Assembly (NCBI GenBank): GCA_963749495.1
Contig: CAVVMW010000004.1
Span: 192,001 to 256,000 of the forward strand
From: an uncultured bacterium
Lineage (GTDB): Bacteria; Verrucomicrobiota; Verrucomicrobiia; Limisphaerales; UBA8199
Direction: 5' to 3'
DNA: 64,000 bases
This document shows, piece after piece, positions 40,883 to 49,858 of the stretch. The notes beneath the pieces were generated by a model. That model saw only the letters and a list, made by a program, of their open reading frames with translations, was not told the origin of the DNA and ran no database searches. The translations under genes and the position numbers were made by a program. The first letter of the stretch is position 1, and each line of letters starts with the position of its first letter.

Positions 40883-43800
40883 TGGCCCCAAAATGGCCTG
40901 TATTGCGTTTCAACCCGAAAATCCTTCTCAAGAGTCATGCGCGGCACAAGACTAAGGACCTTATCGAGCCCGCAGGACGAATCGTCAGGAATTCCGCCCG
41001 AGCTTCTGGCGTGTGGGTACCATCCCAAGGCATAAAGCTGTTCCGTAGCGGACCTCAGCCGGAACTGATCAACTATCTTGACCTGTGCCCCGGGCGCGCC
41101 GGCCTTGAGAGCAAAGACGTTCCGGACGGGGTGGCGGAGAGCCGCGACCGTCCGTTGCTTTACTTCATCACCAGCACACTGCTTTCGGCAGATCCGAAAG
41201 AGCGGCGCCTCGAGTTGAGTCGTTTGCGGCGTGCGCTTGGCAGTCGGGGCGAGCGTGCCTTTCTAGCCCTGGTCGAGCCGGGCTTGGTCCGCGTGATCCC
41301 AGTCAGCCTCGATTCACGGGCAGACCATTGGAGGGAGTTCCGCCAAGGGACCCCCGGGACACGAAGCCTATTCGCGCGGATGGCACTGGGTGAATACGAA
41401 GCCGAGGGTGCTCCTGAGCATGCGGACTACGTTTACGAGGAGATGTTCAAGCTGTTGACAGGAGTCGCCAACAGCATTGTCACGGAAAATACCGCCATGG
41501 AACGAAACGACGTGCTGTCGCTCGTGGGGCGGGCGCTCTTTCTCCGTTTCCTCAGTGACCGTGGCGTTATCACGACGGGCAATCTCAATGACATCGCTCC
41601 GGGGGCAAGTCGGCTGGACGAGTGCTTCGCTGACGCCACACAGGCTACACACACCTGCAGGTGGCTGGATTCCACTTTTAATGGCGACTGCCTCCCACTA
41701 TCTGACTCTGGCAGCCTTGCATGGTTTCAGAAGGTGGCTCCGCCTCGCAGTCAGGTGTTTAAGGACCTGCGTGCCATTCTTCGGAACGAGGAGCCCGCCG
41801 GCGGCGGGCACCAGCAACGGCTGGCAATGGACTGGAGCACGTTCGATTTCGCCCACGTGCCGGTGGGTTTGCTGAGTCAGGTGTACGAGGGATTCGTTTG
41901 GAAGTGGGCCCCGGACGAGGCGGGAGAAACCAGCGTTCACTACACCCCTCGCCGCATCGCGGACTATCTCGTGGACGACGCCTTCGACGGCATGCGTAGC
42001 GCAGGCAAAGCACATGTCCTGGATCCGGCCTGTGGAGCCGGCGTCTTCCTGGTGCTCTCATTTCGCCGCCTTTGCCGCGAGCGGTGGAAAGCCACCGGTC
42101 GGCGGCCCGATCGGCCGGCCATTCGCGCCATTCTTAATAAACAGTTGCGCGGTTTCGACATTAGCGAATCCGCTCTACGTCTCGCCGCCCTTAGCCTTTA
42201 CCTCACGGCCATCGAACTTGATCCCAAGCCAACGCCGCCCGCCGCGCTACGCTTTAAAAACCTCCGCAACAGGGTGCTTTTCAACTGCCGCGGCGACAAC
42301 GATGCGCCGAAAGGCCCGGTGGCTGGCAGCCTCGACACAAGAATGGTGAAAGGCCATAGAGGGAAGTACCAACTGGTCATTGGCAACCCCCCTTGGACGA
42401 GCCTCGATAAGTCCCAGAAGGAGCTCGCGGCCACCTTTCATGGCATAGGACGTGAGGCGCTGGTTGAACGGAACCTAACTGACCTTTCCAAAGGCTTCGA
42501 GAACCCGGATAGCGTGCCGGACTTACCGTTCATCTGGCGGGCAACGCAATGGGCCGAGTCAGGGGGGCGCATCGCCTTCGTGCTCCCCGCACGGCTTCTG
42601 TTCAAGCAGGGGGACATCGGCCAGCGAGCACGGGATGCCATCTTCCAGGCAGTGGCCGTAACGGGGATGCTGAACTGCTCAAACCTTTCCGACACCAACG
42701 TTTGGCCTGGGATGCAGCAACCTTTCCTGCTGTTCTTCGCTCGCAACAGAGTTCCCAAGCCCGACCATTCGGTGCGCTGGATAACAGTCCATGCAGACCA
42801 GGCCTTGAATGACCGCGGCGAGATACGCGTGGATTCCAAGTCCATGGAGGAAGTTAGCGTCGAGCAGACCTTCGACGAGCCCTGGTTATGGAAGGCCCTG
42901 GCCCTAGGCACCGCACTGGACGTTGAGGTGGTGCGAAAGGTGAAACAGAGTGGTGGAGTGCCTTTGCAGAAGTACTGGGAGGAGAACCTCGCCTTGCGGT
43001 TTGGCACGGGTTATCAGATCAAGCCCAAACAGAAGCAAGCAGACGCAACGCACCTCCGAGGGCTCCCCGACGTGAGTGACCCGAAGCAGTTCCGGTTTCT
43101 CGTTCGCCCAGAAGAACTGAAGGAATTCCAACGCCCGACAGCCTGTTTCCCCCGCGAGCGGGATTTGTATAGGCACCCCCTCGTTCTGGTCAAGGGATTT
43201 GTCCGCCTTGCGCGCCAGGAAGGGAGGGCGTGGCTGGCGTCGCAAGATGTTGTATTCAACGAGAGTTTTCATGGCTTCTCTGCTTCCGGGCATCCGGACG
43301 GCGACGCGCTCGTGCGGTACGTTCAGCTTTTAACGCACTCGGACTTGTGGATGCATTACGCGCTACTCACGAGCCCAAAACTCGGGGCCGAGCGGAGGCA
43401 GTTTTACAAAGAGGACCTTGAGCGCTTTCCGATTATCCCGTGGGAGAAGCTATCTCCCGACGAGAGGTCCGCAGCGCAGAAGCTCAGCGACCGCCTCCTC
43501 GCGGAGGACTTGAGCGTATTCCCCGACATAGATGCCTTTTTTGCCGAGCTCTTTCACCTCAAGCCGCGTGATATGGAGGTCATACGGGACACGCTGAACA
43601 TGGAGCTACCCTTCAAGTCAATACGGTCACAGGCGAGTGCGCCGCCCACCCTAAAACAACGCCGAGAATTCTGCGTGCGCATGGAGGGGGCCTTGCGCCC
43701 ATTTTTCAAGCGCCTCGGGCAAACGGTTTCCGTGGATCTAGTCGCAATCCGTGCCTTGACGCAAGATTGTCCATTCTCGGTCGTGGGCGTCAGCAATGAA

Positions 43801-44013
43801 CGAGAACTCGCTCTGGATGTCGAGCATAACATAGTACGGGAAACCCTCCATCTAGCCAGTCGGAGCGGAGCGAGTATGGCGCTGATTGAGACAAATAAGC
43901 CCCGGACCTGCTTCGTCGGGATCCTCAATCACGCGCGTTACTGGACAGCATCCCGCGCCCGCCTGTGTGCGGCGCGGATTCTGCGCGAGGGCATGGGGCC
44001 ATTTGAGGAGTAG
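40879..44013 (+). CDS. Large N6-adenine DNA methyltransferase (gamma class, type IIG/I-M-like) with C-terminal TRD region
   Basis: HYTPR, VLDPACGAGVFL (motif I), GFDI, VIGNPPW (motif IV), AFVLP. Confidence 0.9.
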   Translation: MMAPKWPVLRFNPKILLKSHARHKTKDLIEPAGRIVRNSARASGVWVPSQGIKLFRSGPQPELINYLDLCPGRAGLESKDVPDGVAESRDRPLLYFITSTLLSADPKERRLELSRLRRALGSRGERAFLALVEPGLVRVIPVSLDSRADHWREFRQGTPGTRSLFARMALGEYEAEGAPEHADYVYEEMFKLLTGVANSIVTENTAMERNDVLSLVGRALFLRFLSDRGVITTGNLNDIAPGASRLDECFADATQATHTCRWLDSTFNGDCLPLSDSGSLAWFQKVAPPRSQVFKDLRAILRNEEPAGGGHQQRLAMDWSTFDFAHVPVGLLSQVYEGFVWKWAPDEAGETSVHYTPRRIADYLVDDAFDGMRSAGKAHVLDPACGAGVFLVLSFRRLCRERWKATGRRPDRPAIRAILNKQLRGFDISESALRLAALSLYLTAIELDPKPTPPAALRFKNLRNRVLFNCRGDNDAPKGPVAGSLDTRMVKGHRGKYQLVIGNPPWTSLDKSQKELAATFHGIGREALVERNLTDLSKGFENPDSVPDLPFIWRATQWAESGGRIAFVLPARLLFKQGDIGQRARDAIFQAVAVTGMLNCSNLSDTNVWPGMQQPFLLFFARNRVPKPDHSVRWITVHADQALNDRGEIRVDSKSMEEVSVEQTFDEPWLWKALALGTALDVEVVRKVKQSGGVPLQKYWEENLALRFGTGYQIKPKQKQADATHLRGLPDVSDPKQFRFLVRPEELKEFQRPTACFPRERDLYRHPLVLVKGFVRLARQEGRAWLASQDVVFNESFHGFSASGHPDGDALVRYVQLLTHSDLWMHYALLTSPKLGAERRQFYKEDLERFPIIPWEKLSPDERSAAQKLSDRLLAEDLSVFPDIDAFFAELFHLKPRDMEVIRDTLNMELPFKSIRSQASAPPTLKQRREFCVRMEGALRPFFKRLGQTVSVDLVAIRALTQDCPFSVVGVSNERELALDVEHNIVRETLHLASRSGASMALIETNKPRTCFVGILNHARYWTASRARLCAARILREGMGPFEE

Positions 44014-44017
44014 GCGA

Positions 44018-44767
44018 ATGGGATTTGGACTTTTGACCGATTGGGCGGCTGACAGGGAGCGGAGGTTTTCGCTGCCCCATCCGCCCCTCTCTATTTCGAT
44101 CTTTTTAACCCTTGAAGGCGCGATCACCGCAGCATGGGGAATTCTGCACACCAAACCCCCGCGGCCCTTTGATCCGAAAACGGCCAAAGAAACCGATTTC
44201 ACGACCTACTTGCATGAAATTCTGGAGGACCACCTTCTGGATTCCGGAGAGGTTAACGGATTTACTAGCGAAATCTTTTCGAGCATCACAAGACCCGAGG
44301 TGCGAAACTTCGACGGGAAGAAGACGAGCAAGAAACCAGACATGGTGGCCTTCCTCACAGATCGTCCTAACGTCAAACGCTCGCAGGACGGGATCTTCAT
44401 CGAGTGCAAGCCCGTGGATGCCACCCACTCGCTGCTCACCGACTATTGCGACGCGGGGATCGCCCGCTTTGTCGTTGGCGACTACGCCTGGGCGATGACT
44501 GAAGCTTTAATGGTCGGTTACAACACGATCCACGGCAAGCCATCCCTGGCTTTGGTAGCACCGTTCAAACAGCGCACGCAAGGGATCCGCCCCACCGGCA
44601 AGCCGCGCGATTGCGCCGCCAGCCCCCACAACCCCATGGTCGGTGTCACGCGGCACAAGCGTGCGTTCCGCCTGGCAGGCCGACAGGCCCCAAGCATCAC
44701 GCTGAGGCATCTCTGGATGCTTGGGCCGAGCTTCCCATCTACCGAGCCAAGCTGCGCCCACTGCTGA
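44018..44767 (+). CDS. Putative stand-alone PD-(D/E)xK nuclease
   Basis: E.DFT..L, KKPDM...IFIECKP, then YCDAGIARFV.GDYA; 4 nt after the MTase stop. Confidence 0.65.
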   Translation: MGFGLLTDWAADRERRFSLPHPPLSISIFLTLEGAITAAWGILHTKPPRPFDPKTAKETDFTTYLHEILEDHLLDSGEVNGFTSEIFSSITRPEVRNFDGKKTSKKPDMVAFLTDRPNVKRSQDGIFIECKPVDATHSLLTDYCDAGIARFVVGDYAWAMTEALMVGYNTIHGKPSLALVAPFKQRTQGIRPTGKPRDCAASPHNPMVGVTRHKRAFRLAGRQAPSITLRHLWMLGPSFPSTEPSCAHC

Positions 44768-45101
44768 GCGGATCGACGCAGTCCCGTCCCACCGTCGGCT
44801 ACCTTGATCTGGAGCCTTCTTCCAGCTTGCGTTCGCCGGCGGTTCAGCGCCCGGATGGCGCGAATGGCCTCCCCCCTTTGAAAGCCATCAGGACGGAGCC
44901 AAAGCCGCGGTTGCGAGCGTGAGTTCGGCTTGCGGGGATTTCGACCGGTGACACCTGCCTGAAAGGTTCGAAGGGGCGGGGCCACTTGGAGAGTCCTACC
45001 GGCGTCAGAACAAAGTTTCTTCACTTTTCTCGGGCTTCTTGCTTTGGCGCTCGAGCAGGGACGCGACATGCGTGGGCGTGAAGGGGTCGGCCCATAGCAT
45101 G

Positions 45102-45272
45102 GATTCTGCTGAAAAACCCCCGCTGATCAAAAAGAGACAGTGAAAAAGACCCTCTCGGATGCATCCCTTCATCATTAAAATCGCGTACAGACCAGATTAG
45201 CGCGTAAGAATTCTCGACACTTTTCGTGTATCTTCACTCACGTTCAAAAACAGGGGTTTTTTCAGCGGAATC
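45102..45272. mobile_element. MITE-like element
   Basis: TIRs GATTCTGCTGAAAAACCCC / GGGGTTTTTTCAGCGGAATC around an AT-rich core. Confidence 0.6.
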
Positions 45273-45353
45273 ATTCTCGTTAACTGACCCCTTTTCTTTT
45301 CGTTAACTGACCCCTTTTGACCCCTTTTTCGGATGGATCAATGACGTAGGCCA

Positions 45354-45635
45354 TCAGAACCGCCTCCCGTGGTTGATCAGGTCTTTGAGGCTGGTTTTGT
45401 CCTTCGACTTGGGCAGACTCTGGCGCAAGGCATCCATCTGGCGGAAGAGCGTGGCGACGTGTTCCCGTGAGGGGCGTTCGGCGGGAACCAGGCGCGCGAC
45501 GGGCCGGTCGTGCTTGGTGATAGTGATTTCCTCGCCTTTGGCGACGCGCTCAAGGAGTTGGGAAAAATGCGTCTTTGCCTGAAACGTGCCGACAAAGGCG
45601 CGGGAGCGGCGGGAACGGTTGGAGCTTGTGGGCAT
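45354..45635 (-). CDS. Phd/YefM antitoxin; cognate toxin reduced to a stub
   Basis: AKTHFSQLLERV.KGEEITITKHDRPVARLVP; followed by overlapping ATG reading MAYVIDPS. Confidence 0.9.
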   Translation of the reverse strand: MPTSSNRSRRSRAFVGTFQAKTHFSQLLERVAKGEEITITKHDRPVARLVPAERPSREHVATLFRQMDALRQSLPKSKDKTSLKDLINHGRRF

Positions 45636-45639
45636 AAAT

Positions 45640-45660
45640 AAACTAGTTAGAGACTAGTTT
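45640..45660. promoter_or_regulatory. Probable autoregulatory operator of the TA operon
   Basis: Inverted repeat AAACTAGT-TAGAG-ACTAGTTT immediately upstream of the antitoxin ATG. Confidence 0.6.
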
Positions 45661-45896
45661 AGCCCAAGATTTGCGGTCGTCAACACGGATAAAGAAGGAC
45701 AAATGGAGGGGGGCGCGGGACAAAATAGTAACCATTAGACCTGTTCATTTCCGCGTATTCCGCGTATTGTCAGCGGCGGCGGGAACGCGGATGAAAAGCG
45801 CCGGTTCCAAAATCTGAGCGGGCGGAGGGTCGAAAAGCAAACAACCGGCAGCTTCTGCTGCCGGTTTTGCGACGGAACTGATAGTGGAGAACCGGA

Positions 45897-46637
45897 TCAC
45901 GTTTGGATTTGGTCTTTCATGCGAAAGCTGGTGCCTTCGACGACGACCGTCTCGGCGTGATGGAGGAGCCGATCCAGGACGGCGGAGGCCAGCGTGGCGT
46001 CATTGTTGAAGATGCTGGCCCACTGTTTGAAGGGTTTGTTGGTAGTCACCACGATGGAACCGCGCTCGTAGCGCTGGCTGATAACCTGGAAGAGCAGGTC
46101 GGCGCCATGCTGGTTGATGGGCAGGTAGCCGATCTCATCCAAGATCAACAGCCGGGGACGGAGGTATTTGCGGAGTTCACTTTTGAGGCGGCTGCTTTTC
46201 TGGGCGGCGCTGAGTTGGTTGATGACATTGATGGCGTTGGCAAAGAGAACCGAGTGGCCCTCCAGACAGGCCGCGTAGCCGAGGGCGGTGGCCAAGTGGG
46301 TCTTGCCCAAGCCAACGTTGCCCAGGAAGATGGCGTTGGCGTTCTGTTCCAGGAACTGCAGGCGAAAGAGGTTCTGCACCTGGAGCCGATTGATTTTCTT
46401 AAGCCAATCCCACTGGAACTGTTCGAGGGTCTTGATGACCGGAAAGCGCGCGGCCTTCACGTGCAGGGCCACGGCGCGCTCCCGGCGCTGCTGGTATTGG
46501 CCGTTGATGAGCCGGGCCAGGTATTCGGCGTGAGTCCAGGGCTGCCGGGCAGCCTGCTGGGCCAGGTTGTCGTATTGCGCCTTCAGGAAAGGCAGTTTGA
46601 GGTAGTCGAGTTGCTGAGCCAGGAGGGAGGGGTTCAT
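45897..46637 (-). CDS. istB: IS21 helper ATPase
   Basis: ARFP..KTLEQF, GNVGLGKTHLA, LLILDEIGY, RYERGS, AVLDRLLHH. Confidence 0.95.
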   Translation of the reverse strand: MNPSLLAQQLDYLKLPFLKAQYDNLAQQAARQPWTHAEYLARLINGQYQQRRERAVALHVKAARFPVIKTLEQFQWDWLKKINRLQVQNLFRLQFLEQNANAIFLGNVGLGKTHLATALGYAACLEGHSVLFANAINVINQLSAAQKSSRLKSELRKYLRPRLLILDEIGYLPINQHGADLLFQVISQRYERGSIVVTTNKPFKQWASIFNNDATLASAVLDRLLHHAETVVVEGTSFRMKDQIQT

Positions 46638-48112
46638 GGTTGGGGAGAGGGCGGGTTGGGGTCATAGGGACTCAAGTCGGCCGGGGGCAGGTCCAGTTCC
46701 AAGAGGTCCTGCCGGCGGGTCAGGTGCAAGGGCGAGGGCGCCACGGCGTGGCGCTCGCGTTGTTCCAACAGGTTGGCGATGTATTCGCAGCCGTACGCAT
46801 CGAAGGTCAGGGCGTCCTGGAGGGCGCGGGCCACTTTATCGGGGCCGTAGAGTTGGCTCAACGCGACGATCTTTTGGATGTGATGGGGAGCGTTGAAGCG
46901 TTTTTCCCGGAGTTTACGGCCGTAGAGTTCGGCCTGCGGTCCCAGGCTCAGGAACGCTTGCAGGCAGGTTTGGTTGCGGGCGCGGTGACGCTGCGTCAGG
47001 AGTTCCTGGATATGGTTGGGGTTGCGGATGTCCTGGCGGCGGTCGTAGCCGCGCAGGTGGGTAGCGATCAGCTTTTCGTGGTGATAGCAGAGCACTTGGT
47101 CAGGATAGATTTTGAGGCTCAGTTGCTGGGAGGCATAGAGGTGAGGCACGGTGTAGCGATTGGTCTCAAAAACGACGCGGCAACAACTGTTGGCGCTGGT
47201 GGGCCGGACGACTCCGCAGTCATAAGGACGGAGCGGCAGGGCTTTGAGCAGGGGCTTTTCCTGAGCAAACCGTTCCAGGGGTTTGACGTGGGTCTCGCCG
47301 TGGATACGCACGTTGGCCACGGTATCCTGCCACTGCCGGGCGGCGGGATTGACGGCCTCGAAGGAGGGGATCTGCAAACCGCTCAGGAAGTTCTTTTTGA
47401 CGTAGCCCACGCCATTTTCCACGCGCCCTTTTTCGTTCGCCTTTTTGACCTGGCAGGCGACGGGGACGAAGCCATGGTGGGCGGCGAAGTCCAGGTAGCG
47501 CGGGTTGAAACGGGCCGCAGCGCCCAGCGGATGTTCGAGCACCCCGACCTTGAGATTATTGATCATGACTTTAGCGGGGATGCCCCCGAAGAACTCGAAG
47601 GCATGGCGGTGGCAGGAGAGGAACTGTTCCATGCCTTCGGAGAGGGTAAACTCCACATAGATGAGGCGGCTGAAGCACAGGACCATCACGAAGAAGCTCA
47701 AGCGCCGTCTGGTAGAGCCGACGGTGACGGAGCCGAAGCTGCCCCAATTGACCTGCGCGCATTCCCCCGGGGCAAACTCCAGCATCAGGAAGGCGGGTTT
47801 GCGCATCGGGCGCACCAGGCGGACAAACTCCTTGAGGATGCTGTAACCGCCAGCGTAGCCCTGGGGTTTGAGTTCCTGGAGGATTTGCTGAGCGCTGTAA
47901 GGATGACGTTCCAGCAGGCCAACAATCCGGCCCTTGAACGCGTCGAGCTTACTGGGGCGTTTGCCGCCTCGGCGTTGGTGATAGCTGGTCTGCTCCGCCC
48001 ACTTGGCGACGGTTTTGGGGTCCAGTTGAAGTTCCACCGCAACCTGGGCGGCAGTGAGATGCTTTTCATCCAAGAGCACTCGAAGCTGGCAGAAGGTGGG
48101 GTAATCGATCAT
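46634..48112 (-). CDS. istA: IS21 transposase; both catalytic Asp read as Asn
   Basis: N-terminal HTH, SKLD.FK, PGE.AQVNWG, VMINNLK, EKGRVE, NRYTVP. Confidence 0.93.
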   Translation of the reverse strand: MIDYPTFCQLRVLLDEKHLTAAQVAVELQLDPKTVAKWAEQTSYHQRRGGKRPSKLDAFKGRIVGLLERHPYSAQQILQELKPQGYAGGYSILKEFVRLVRPMRKPAFLMLEFAPGECAQVNWGSFGSVTVGSTRRRLSFFVMVLCFSRLIYVEFTLSEGMEQFLSCHRHAFEFFGGIPAKVMINNLKVGVLEHPLGAAARFNPRYLDFAAHHGFVPVACQVKKANEKGRVENGVGYVKKNFLSGLQIPSFEAVNPAARQWQDTVANVRIHGETHVKPLERFAQEKPLLKALPLRPYDCGVVRPTSANSCCRVVFETNRYTVPHLYASQQLSLKIYPDQVLCYHHEKLIATHLRGYDRRQDIRNPNHIQELLTQRHRARNQTCLQAFLSLGPQAELYGRKLREKRFNAPHHIQKIVALSQLYGPDKVARALQDALTFDAYGCEYIANLLEQRERHAVAPSPLHLTRRQDLLELDLPPADLSPYDPNPPSPQP

Positions 48113-48510
48113 GGCCGACCTCCCGCCAAGGCCCGGCGCAGGATGTCGCCCACGCACTGAGCTTGCTCGCTGCGAGGTGCGTCCGGGGCCACCGGCTCGG
48201 AGGAGACCTCCGGCAGGGCCAGCACCTGGTAGAGAGGTTTTTGATAGGCGATGAGCCCGGCCCGCTCCAATTGCTGACGCGCTGAGGCCAGTTCCAACGG
48301 ATCCAGCTTGAGCTGCCGCCCCAGGGCCGCCTCGGAGTAGTAACTCAGGCCTTGGGCGTTGCCGACAGTGACCAGGAACAGGTAGAGAGCCCAGGCCCGG
48401 TGGTTGCAGGTTTTCAGATGGTGGTGACGAATCAACCGGTGGTCCACCCAGCTAAAACTGCTGGGGACCTCACGGAGCCGATTGGGTCGGAGGAGACGTT
48501 TGATGATCAT
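48109..48510 (-). CDS. IS-borne accessory protein, probable winged HTH
   Basis: FSWVDHRL...LYLFL....GLSYYS...L...L...R..L...GLI; overlaps the istA start. Confidence 0.75.
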   Translation of the reverse strand: MIIKRLLRPNRLREVPSSFSWVDHRLIRHHHLKTCNHRAWALYLFLVTVGNAQGLSYYSEAALGRQLKLDPLELASARQQLERAGLIAYQKPLYQVLALPEVSSEPVAPDAPRSEQAQCVGDILRRALAGGRP

Positions 48511-49018
48511 AATCAGAACATGGTTTTTCGTTGCGTTGCTCTGGAAGCACCCGCCCCAGAATGATGCAACCCTGTTCTATCAGGCGGCGGATCAAAGGCT
48601 GGATGTCATCTTGTAACGTACTGCCCGCAAACATCGAGAGCAGTCCGATAAACGCGGGCTCCTGTGCCAGGCAGAAATCTTGTAACGTACGGGGCAGAGG
48701 TCTCGGTACGTTACGAGATGTCTGCTCGGGGTTAACCGCTTCTGCCTCAATTGGTTGAGTGCCTTCAGACGCAGGGGTTTTCCGCTTCCAATACCCTGGA
48801 TGAGCCTTGCGCCAAGCCCGCACCCGGTCGGTGCCTTCGCCCTGCCGAAAGTGCGAAAGATTTTTGGGTTGGCGATACCAGCGCCGCTGGCTGGCGAGCT
48901 TGCTGGCCCGGCGGCAATCCGGTTTTTCGCAGTAGCGTTGATGCTTCCGGTTCCGGTAATCCGGGAAGAAAAACGCGTTGCAACACTGGCACTTACGTCG
49001 CTTGGACTTTGGGCTCAT
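48470..49018 (-). CDS. IS-borne accessory protein with N-terminal zinc finger
   Basis: CQCC..FFPDYRN...QRYC...DCR, RVRAWRKAHPGYW; first gene of the element operon. Confidence 0.75.
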   Translation of the reverse strand: MSPKSKRRKCQCCNAFFFPDYRNRKHQRYCEKPDCRRASKLASQRRWYRQPKNLSHFRQGEGTDRVRAWRKAHPGYWKRKTPASEGTQPIEAEAVNPEQTSRNVPRPLPRTLQDFCLAQEPAFIGLLSMFAGSTLQDDIQPLIRRLIEQGCIILGRVLPEQRNEKPCSDYDHQTSPPTQSAP

Positions 49019-49324
49019 CGCGCCCCAACAGCAACACAGCCGCCGAGCGGATCAAAACAAAACAATCGGCCCGAAGAAGAACCAAGGCGAAGAAGCAAGA
49101 AGAGCTCTCAGGAGAATAGCCGGAAGAAAAGACCAGGGAAGAAGAAGGGAATTTCAAACCAGCGGTTTTCCGGGAATATCACTCCGCCGCTGGCACGTAT
49201 TCCGCGGTTCATTCTTCTTCGGAGGTTTGCTAGCCTCACCGGCCATGAAAACCAATCTTATTTACCATCCAAATTGAGCGCATCGCAGCGGAGCGGGGCC
49301 GACACGGCTATGGCAACTGAGGGC

Positions 49325-49352
49325 AACCGCGGAATACGCGGAATACGCGGAA
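49325..49352. repeat. 9-nt-periodic repeat arm
   Basis: AACCGCGGAATACGCGGAATACGCGGAA is the exact reverse complement of the reconstructed IS21 empty site. Confidence 0.85.
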
Positions 49353-49702
49353 AACAAAGCCGCCCAGCGATCCCGGGGGAGATTGGCCGGCATTGGGGTA
49401 GCCCCATGTCGTCGCGGTTGCATCCGCATAGATACAATCACGCAAGCGAAGAAACAACGCCTGCCCTGGGCTCTTCAAGGGAGGTTACTTTTTTGTCCGG
49501 CACCCAATGGAGGGGTCAGCCGTTAGGGCACTGATCAGGTAAAAAAACGTTTCCCGCCCGGTTTTTTTTCCAAACCGTTTTTGCCGCAACTCTTCGACCG
49601 CCGCGCGGGCACCGAATCGAGCCTGCGTTTTCATTGTGTGAATCGGATCTTCGCGGGGCCTCGCCCTTGAGGCGATCCGTTCCGCCTAAAAAAGAGCAGT
49701 TC

Positions 49703-49829
49703 AGCCGCGAAAAGGCGCAAAGGTCGCAAAACGTGAAGGACTTGCGTTCAAGGGGTCCGCCTCCGCTTTGGTGAGCATCGTGGCGAGTGCAAGTGTTTCT
49801 TTTTGCGTTTTTTGCGCCTTTTGGCGGCT
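49703..49829. repeat. Inverted periodic repeat pair
   Basis: AGCCGCGAAAAGGCGCAAAGGTCGCAAAA ... TTTTGCGTTTTTTGCGCCTTTTGGCGGCT. Confidence 0.7.
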
Positions 49830-49858
49830 ATTCAACTGCCGTCTCCAGGGTCAACCGT

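Larger units (their letters stand above)
45768..49195 (-). mobile_element. IS21-family element, 3428 bp, with two extra ORFs
   Basis: TIRs TGTCAGCGGCGG / rc TGCCAGCGGCGG plus a second matching block GAAAA.CGC.GGTT; TSD CGTAT at 45763-45767 and 49196-49200. Confidence 0.92.

Noticed and set aside
48751..49534. Plus-strand ORFs spanning the IS21 end
   Set aside because: They cross the TIR/TSD boundary and translate a purine-rich non-coding leader; no motifs
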